From: Auanema rhodensis
Lineage: Eukaryota; Animalia; Nematoda
DNA: 64,000 nt
Reading direction: 5' to 3'
Assembly (NCBI GenBank): GCA_964057225.1
Contig: OZ059899.1
Span: forward strand, 10,912,001 to 10,976,000
Part shown: piece after piece, positions 57,049 to 64,000 of the stretch
How positions within the stretch are numbered: position 1 is the first letter of the stretch
Layout: every line of letters begins with the position of its first letter
Position numbers and translations under genes: made by a program
Notes under the pieces: model-generated
What the model was told of the DNA's origin: nothing
Seen by the model: only the letters and a program-made list of their open reading frames with translations
The model's database searches: none

Positions 57049-60000
57049 TACGAAAGTACGAAATAACAAAGCGCTGATTATAGGAAACGTGAATGAATGC
57101 AGATATTCTCAATTCCGATTCATTAACTAGATCGTGGTCAGCATTTTACAACATTGATAAAATAGAAACTGAGAAAAAAACATCAACAAATAACACTATT
57201 AACTTGGTTTTTTAACAGCTTTTTTATATTTCTTTTTTTACTATGAGAGAACTTATATTTAATGCTTTTTCAAAATTTTCCATTTTTAACATTATACATC
57301 TTGACTATCACACATTGAGAACAACAGTTGGCAATGTTGGTTGTCACGTCATATTTCATGCAGTTAGATTTTCAGACACATTAATACCTTTGACCATTCT
57401 TCTTATGAGTTTTGTAACGATAGATCGTAATAGGAAATGAATTGCTATAATATGAAAAAATACAAGACATAGTCAACATTGATTTCCAAAAATAGTATCA
57501 TGTTTGCTTGTTATTCAATTAGAACACTTATTTTTTGATTGTTTTCTTGAAATATTCTTTTTTTTTCTTTAACAAAGTTATGACTGAGATCAAAATTTGA
57601 ACTTACTTTTGAACAATTAAACAGAAATTTAAAAAATATTTGCCGCCAGCAGGGGTCGAACCTGCGACCTTGGGCTTATTAGACCCACGCTCTAACCGAC
57701 TGAGCTATGGCGGCTACGAAAGTACGAAATAACAAAGCGCTGATTATAGGAAACGTGAATGAATGCAGATATTCTCAATTCCGATTCATTAACTAGATCG
57801 TGGTCAGCATTTTACAACATTGATAAAATAGAAACTGAGAAAAAAACATCAACAAATGACACTATTAACTTGGTTTTTTTAACAGCTTTTTTATATTTCT
57901 TTTTTCACTATGAGAGAACTTATATTTATTGCTTTTTCAAAATTTTCCATTTTTAACATTATACATCTTGACTATCACACATTGAGAACAACAGTTGGCA
58001 ATGTTGGTTGTCACGTCATATTTCATGCAGTTAGATTTTCAGACACATTAATACCTTTGACCATTCTTCTTATGAGTTTTGTAACAATAGATCGTAATAG
58101 GAAATGAATTGCTATAATATGAAAAAATACAAGACATAGTCAACATTGATTTCCAAAAATAGTATCATGTTTGCTTGTTATTCAATTAGAACACTTATTT
58201 TTTGATTGTTTTCTTGAAATATTCTTTTTTTTTCTTTAACAAAGTTATGACTGAGATCAAAATTTGAACTTACTTTTGAACAATTAAACAGAAATTTAAA
58301 AAATATTTGCCGCCAGCAGGGGTCGAACCTGCGACCTTGGGCTTATTAGACCCACGCTCTAACCGACTGAGCTATGGCGGCTACGAAAGTACGAAATAAC
58401 AAAGCGCTGATTATAGGAAACGTGAATGAATGCAGATATTCTCAATTCCGATTCATTAACTAGATCGTGGTCAGCATTTTACAACATTGATAAAATAGAA
58501 ACTGAGAAAAAAACATCAACAAATGACACTATTAACTTGGTTTTTTAACAGCTTTTTTATATTTCTTTTTTCACTATGAGAGAACTTATATTTATTGCTT
58601 TTTCAAAATTTTCCATTTTTAACATTATACATCTTGACTATCACACATTGAGAACAACAGTTGGCAATGTTGGTTGTCACGTCATGTTTCATGCAGTTAG
58701 ATTTTCAGACACATTAATACCTTTGACCATTCTTCTTATGAGTTTTGTAACGATAAATCGTAATAGGAAATGAATTGCTATAATATGAAAAAATACAAGA
58801 CATAGTCAACATTGATTTCCGAAAATAGTATCATGTTTGCTTGTTATTCAATTAGAACACTTATTTTTTGATTGTTTTCTTGAAATATTCTTTTTTTTTC
58901 TTTAACAAAGTTATGACTGAGATCAAAATTTGAACTTACTTTTGAACAATTAAACAGAAATTTAAAAAATATTTGCCGCCAGCAGGGGTCGAACCTGCGA
59001 CCTTGGGCTTATTAGACCCACGCTCTAACCGACTGAGCTATGGCGGCTACAAAAGTACGAAATAACAAAGCGCTGATTATAGGAAACGTGAATGAATGCA
59101 GATATTCTCAATTCCGATTCATTAACTAGATCGTGGTCAGCATTTTACAACATTGATAAAATAGAAACTGAGAAAAAACATCAACAAATGACACTATTAA
59201 CTTGGTTTTTTGAACAGCTTTTTTATATTTCTTTTTTCACTATGAGAGAACTTATATTTATTGCTTTTTCAAAATTTTCCATTTTTAACATTATACATCT
59301 TGACTATCACACATTGAGAACAACAGTTGGCAATGTTGGTTGTCACGTCATTTTTCATGCAGTTAGATTTTCAGACACATTAATACCTTTAACCATTCTT
59401 CTTATGAGTTTTGTAACGATAGATCGTAATAGGATATGAATTGCTATAATATGAAAAAATACAAGACATAGTCAACATTGATTTCCCCAAATAGTATCAT
59501 GTTTGCTTGTTATTCAATTATAACACTTTTTTTTTGATTGTTTTCTTGAAATATTCTTTTTTTTCTTTAACAAAGTTATTACTGAGATCAAAATTTGAAC
59601 TTACTTTTGAACAATTAAACAGAAATTTAAAAAATATTTGCCGCCAGCAGGGGTCGAACCTGCGACCTTGGGCTTATTAGACCCACGCTCTAACCGACTG
59701 AGCTATGGCGGCTACGAAAGTACGAAATAACAAAGCGCTGATTATAGGAAACGTGAATGAATGCAGATATTCTCAATTCCGATTCATTAACTAGATCGTG
59801 GTCAGCATTTTACAACATTGATAAAATAGAAACTGAGAAAAAAACATCAACAAATAACACTATTAACTTGGTTTTTTAACAGCTTTTTTATATTTCTTTT
59901 TTAACTATGAGAGAACTTATATTTAATGCTTTTTCAAAATTTTCCATTTTTAACATTATACATCTTGACTATCACACATTGAGAACAACAGTTGGCAATG

Positions 60001-61637
60001 TTGGTTGTCACGTCATATTTCATGCAGTTAGATTTTCAGACACATTAATACCTTTAACCATTCTTCTTATGAGTTTTGTAACGATAGATCGTAATAGGAT
60101 ATGAATTGCTATAATATGAAAAAATACAAGACATAGTCAACATTGATTTCCCCAAATAGTATCATGTTTGCTTGTTATTCAATTATAACACTTTTTTTTT
60201 GATTGTTTTCTTGAAATATTCTTTTTTTTCTTTAACAAAGTTATGACTGAGATCAAAATTTGAACTTACTTTTGAACAATTAAACAGAAATTTAAAAAAT
60301 ATTTGCCGCCAGCAGGGGTCGAACCTGCGACCTTGGGCTTATTAGACCCACGCTCTAACCGACTGAGCTATGGCGGCTACGAAAGTACGAAATAACAAAG
60401 CGCTGATTATAGGAAACGTGAATGAATGCAGATATTCTCAATTCCGATTCATTAACTAGATCGTGGTCAGCATTTTACAACATTGATAAAATAGAAACTG
60501 AGAAAAAAACATCAACAAATAACACTATTAACTTGGTTTTTTAACAGCTTTTTTATATTTCTTTTTTTACTATGAGAGAACTTATATTTAATGCTTTTTC
60601 AAAATTTTCCATTTTTAACATTATACATCTTGACTATCACACATTGAGAACAACAGTTGGCAATGTTGGTTGTCACGTCATATTTCATGCAGTTAGATTT
60701 TCAGACACATTAATACCTTTGACCATTCTTCTTATGAGTTTTGTAACGATAGATCGTAATAGGAAATGAATTGCTATAATATGAAAAAATACAAGACATA
60801 GTCAACATTGATTTCCAAAAATAGTATCATGTTTGCTTGTTATTCAATTAGAACACTTATTTTTTGATTGTTTTCTTGAAATATTCTTTTTTTTTCTTTA
60901 ACAAAGTTATGACTGAGATCAAAATTTGAACTTACTTTTGAACAATTAAACAGAAATTTAAAAAATATTTGCCGCCAGCAGGGGTCGAACCTGCGACCTT
61001 GGGCTTATTAGACCCACGCTCTAACCGACTGAGCTATGGCGGCTACGAAAGTACGAAATAACAAAGCGCTGATTATAGGAAACGTGAATGAATGCAGATA
61101 TTCTCAATTCCGATTCATTAACTAGATCGTGGTCAGCATTTTACAACATTGATAAAATAGAAACTGAGAAAAAAACATCAACAAATGACACTATTAACTT
61201 GGTTTTTTTAACAGCTTTTTTATATTTCTTTTTTCACTATGAGAGAACTTATATTTATTGCTTTTTCAAAATTTTCCATTTTTAACATTATACATCTTGA
61301 CTATCACACATTGAGAACAACAGTTGGCAATGTTGGTTGTCACGTCATATTTCATGCAGTTAGATTTTCAGACACATTAATACCTTTGACCATTCTTCTT
61401 ATGAGTTTTGTAACGATAGATCGTAATAGGAAATGAATTGCTATAATATGAAAAAATACAAGACATAGTCAACATTGATTTCCCCAAATAGTATCATGTT
61501 TGCTTGTTATTCAATTAGAACACTTATTTTTTGATTGTTTTCTTGAAATATTCTTTTTTTTTTCTTTAACAAAGTTATGACTGAGATCAAAATTTGAACT
61601 TACTTTTGAACAATTAAACAGAAATTTAAAAAATATT

Positions 61638-61711
61638 TGCCGCCAGCAGGGCTCGAACCTGCGACCTTGGGCTTATTAGACCCACGTTCTAACCGACTGA
61701 GCTATGGCGGC
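61638..61711 (-). tRNA. tRNA-Ile(AAT) variant with two substitutions (T-loop change and D-stem mismatch)
   Basis: gggCtcgaac at 61652 and cacgTtcta at 61687. Confidence 0.8.
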
Positions 61712-61798
61712 TACGAAAGTACGAAATAACAAAGCGCTGATTATAGGAAACGTGAATGAATGCAGATATTCTCAATTCCGATTCATTAACTAGATCGT

Positions 61799-62149
61799 TG
61801 TCGCGATAAGCGAGTGAGTTTGTATAAATTTTATCTTCAACAATTGTTTTATTTGTCTCTCCTGTTCTCTCCCTCTCTCTCTCTCTCTCTCTCTCCTCTT
61901 TCTTCTTTCTTGTAACTTCCTAAGTAATTTTTATCCATACCACATGTTGTGTTATACATGTGGCATGACTAACTCTTTGTTTCAGGCTGACGACCGCCCA
62001 CGAGAAGAGATCAGTCTTACATTTTTAACGTTCGCAGTCAGTGATTCTATTCCGTGCTTGTCTTGTTAATTCATCAATAAACCCTTTTCTACATATTCGC
62101 TTTGTGTTTTATTTCCAACCATACTATACACTTGCGGTATAACGCCACA
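61799..62149 (+). repeat. 5' LTR of the BEL/Pao element (351 bp)
   Basis: Begins TGTCGCGAT where the array stops (tagatcgt|tg) and ends AACGCCACA (7/9 inverted match), 3 nt before the PBS. It contains a (CT)n run at about 61873-61895 and an AATAAA. Confidence 0.8.
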
Positions 62150-62152
62150 AAT

Positions 62153-62164
62153 TGGTGCATCGGC
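62153..62164 (+). promoter_or_regulatory. Primer-binding site complementary to the tRNA-Gly(GCC) 3' end
   Basis: TGGTGCATCGGC is the complement of GCCGATGCA-CCA (recalled tRNA-Gly end). Confidence 0.8.
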
Positions 62165-62427
62165 TAGTTCAGATCTTAGCCGCTTCAAGTCCCGCGTGGC
62201 AGGTGAGATACAGCTCAAACCAAGCGTGTTTGAGCAAAAAACATACTTAATAGAAATCGTGGCAACCATTAGTCCACGTCAAGTCACACCAAAAAGACTT
62301 GAACCATAAGCAAACTCTGCAGACAGAAACAGAGATTCACTATCACATATACTGTGATCACCAAACAAACAAAAAAAAAAGAGAAAGTAAAAGGAATATA
62401 AGCGTTATTCCTACATCTACGACAAAA

Positions 62428-64000
62428 ATGTCACTCCTTTTTGTCAATCATATCAAACAGTCTAACCAGTTTCTCGGAGAATTACTTACACGATACGAGA
62501 TGGAAGTGAAGGACCTTCCTGGTATTCTGGTAGATTGCGACTTCCACACTGAGGAAGAAGAGGAAACCCTCTCTTGCCTTATCATTCGCTGGACAAAAGT
62601 CCAACACCAATTCAAAGAATCGTTGAAAAATCATCAAGATAACGAGAAAAAATTCCAAAAATTTTACGAAGCATCAGACAAAACGCTTCGTAAAGCATTA
62701 GACGAACAGTATATCGCCTTCACATCCGATGAAGACTTTGAACCCAACATTAAAAAGGTTCAAAACGCCATTATTGAGCTTGACGAACACATCATGAAAG
62801 CCGAACGCATACTTAGAAAGCTGAGAAAAACGCTTCATAAGAATGAATCTGAGCACAACAGCAATCGCTCAACAGAAAACAATGAAACAGAAAACAAATC
62901 GAATGATCAATTTCTGGAAATTATCAAGTCATTCCTACACATCCAACAAACTAGTATCCAAAAACCAGCGATGTCGCTACCTACATTTGATGGCAAACCA
63001 GAGAACTTCAAATCATTCTGGGGCCGTTTTGATAGACTTGTTCATGATAATGAACAGTTTACAACCTTAGAAAAGGTAAACCTACTCTGTGAAAGCCTCA
63101 AAGGCGATTCACAAATAGCAATCAGAGGAATAGAACCCTCTGCTCAAAATTATGAGCTTATGCGTGAAGCATTAGTTTCTGAATTTGGAGACTATTCGTC
63201 GGATATCAACTCTCTTTTGACACAACTACGTAATTTGAAATTTGCAAGCAATAATGCAAAAGCATGCAAAGAAACATTTGGAGAAACCAAGGCACTTATC
63301 AGGCAAATTGAAGCAGCCGGAGCTACAGTATCCCGCGAAATGTGTACCGCGATGATTCTCAACAAATTCCCATACCACATCGTGGAAGACATTCTAATTC
63401 ATCCAAACAACTACCATTCTACTAAAGAAATGCTGACAGCTGTAGACCACAAAATCTATTCCTTTTTTCTAAAAGAACAAACAAGAAATAGTCATGAACA
63501 AAAGTTTCGAAATCACAAAGACAATGTCACATCTGTTTCACATAAAGACAGCACTGCAGAACAACGGAAAACCCAAACTTGGCCATGTGTCTTTTGCGAC
63601 TCATCCGAGCATCGTTTTTATCAATGCACCACATTTGAAACACCAGAGAAAAGAAGGTACCGCATTCGCGGAAAGGCCATCTGTTGGATTTGCTTTTCCG
63701 ATAAACACAAAAGTTCGGAATGCAGAAAACAAAAATGTCGCAATTGCCAAGGAGATCATAATTCCGCCTTGTGCTCACAAGGAAGAAAAAGTGTACAAAA
63801 TATCCAAAAAGATAAAGAAACTCCCACAATTAAAAAAGATCAGGCTTTACTGATCACCACAGAAGAATTATTGAATAAAAAAACAACAGAATATAAACAA
63901 GAATCTGACACTAATAATCGAATCCCTACTGAGGCACTTAATGCACCAGTATCGCTTAATCACATTGCTGACACACATAATATTGAAGAAAGTCAAGTAA
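62428..64000 (+). CDS. BEL/Pao Gag(-Pol) polyprotein, N-terminal part, open to the window end (absent from the ORF track)
   Basis: Manual translation from ATG 62428: MSLLFVNHIK...SLPTFDGKPENFKSFWGRFDRLVH...EKVNLLCESLKG...CVFCDSSEHRFYQC...CWICFSDKHKSSEC..KCRNCQGDHNSALC. No stop was seen in ~524 codons. Confidence 0.9.
   Translation, partial: MSLLFVNHIKQSNQFLGELLTRYEMEVKDLPGILVDCDFHTEEEEETLSCLIIRWTKVQHQFKESLKNHQDNEKKFQKFYEASDKTLRKALDEQYIAFTSDEDFEPNIKKVQNAIIELDEHIMKAERILRKLRKTLHKNESEHNSNRSTENNETENKSNDQFLEIIKSFLHIQQTSIQKPAMSLPTFDGKPENFKSFWGRFDRLVHDNEQFTTLEKVNLLCESLKGDSQIAIRGIEPSAQNYELMREALVSEFGDYSSDINSLLTQLRNLKFASNNAKACKETFGETKALIRQIEAAGATVSREMCTAMILNKFPYHIVEDILIHPNNYHSTKEMLTAVDHKIYSFFLKEQTRNSHEQKFRNHKDNVTSVSHKDSTAEQRKTQTWPCVFCDSSEHRFYQCTTFETPEKRRYRIRGKAICWICFSDKHKSSECRKQKCRNCQGDHNSALCSQGRKSVQNIQKDKETPTIKKDQALLITTEELLNKKTTEYKQESDTNNRIPTEALNAPVSLNHIADTHNIEESQV

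Larger units (their letters stand above)
56613..61798 (-). repeat. Continuation of the 666-bp tRNA-Ile(AAT) array, 8 tRNA copies
   Basis: tRNAs start at about 56975, 57641, 58308, 58974, 59639, 60304, 60970 and 61638. Confidence 0.97.
61799..64000 (+). mobile_element. BEL/Pao (Belpaoviridae) LTR retrotransposon, 5' part
   Basis: A TG...CA LTR, a tRNA-Gly PBS, and a gag with a DUF1759-type motif and three zinc knuckles. Confidence 0.92.

Noticed and set aside
1505-61436. Dozens of repeated 65-115 aa ORFs (MRELIF..., MNADIL...)
   Set aside because: They are by-products of the AT-rich spacer. Frames open and close with homopolymer length changes, starts are lost in some units, and no protein motif is recognisable.

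Overview
This is AT-rich eukaryotic DNA, very probably from a nematode, judged from the tRNA-Ile sequence and the element types. About 44 kb is a highly homogeneous tandem array of a ~666-bp unit. Each unit carries one minus-strand tRNA-Ile(AAT) gene with an upstream TATA-like element and a T6 Pol III terminator; I count 59 copies at 1154-40563 and 8 at 56613-61798. Three retroelements interrupt the array: (1) a doubly truncated, internally deleted CR1-like LINE RT fragment at 66-1153; (2) an apparently intact, very young Ty3/Gypsy (Metaviridae) LTR element at 40564-52209, followed by a truncated tandem copy that shares its LTR (to 56607); (3) the 5' part of a BEL/Pao element from 61799 to the window end. 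The Gypsy element is the main find. Its single ~2900-codon ORF runs Gag - internal signal peptide - class III (herpesvirus gB-like) envelope glycoprotein - transmembrane helix - protease - RT - RNase H - integrase, so env sits in frame between gag and pol. Its LTRs end in non-canonical 5'-CG...CG-3', it has a tRNA-Gln primer-binding site, and the LTR holds a second tRNA-Gln-complementary box. All family assignments come from motifs read by eye; no database searches were run.
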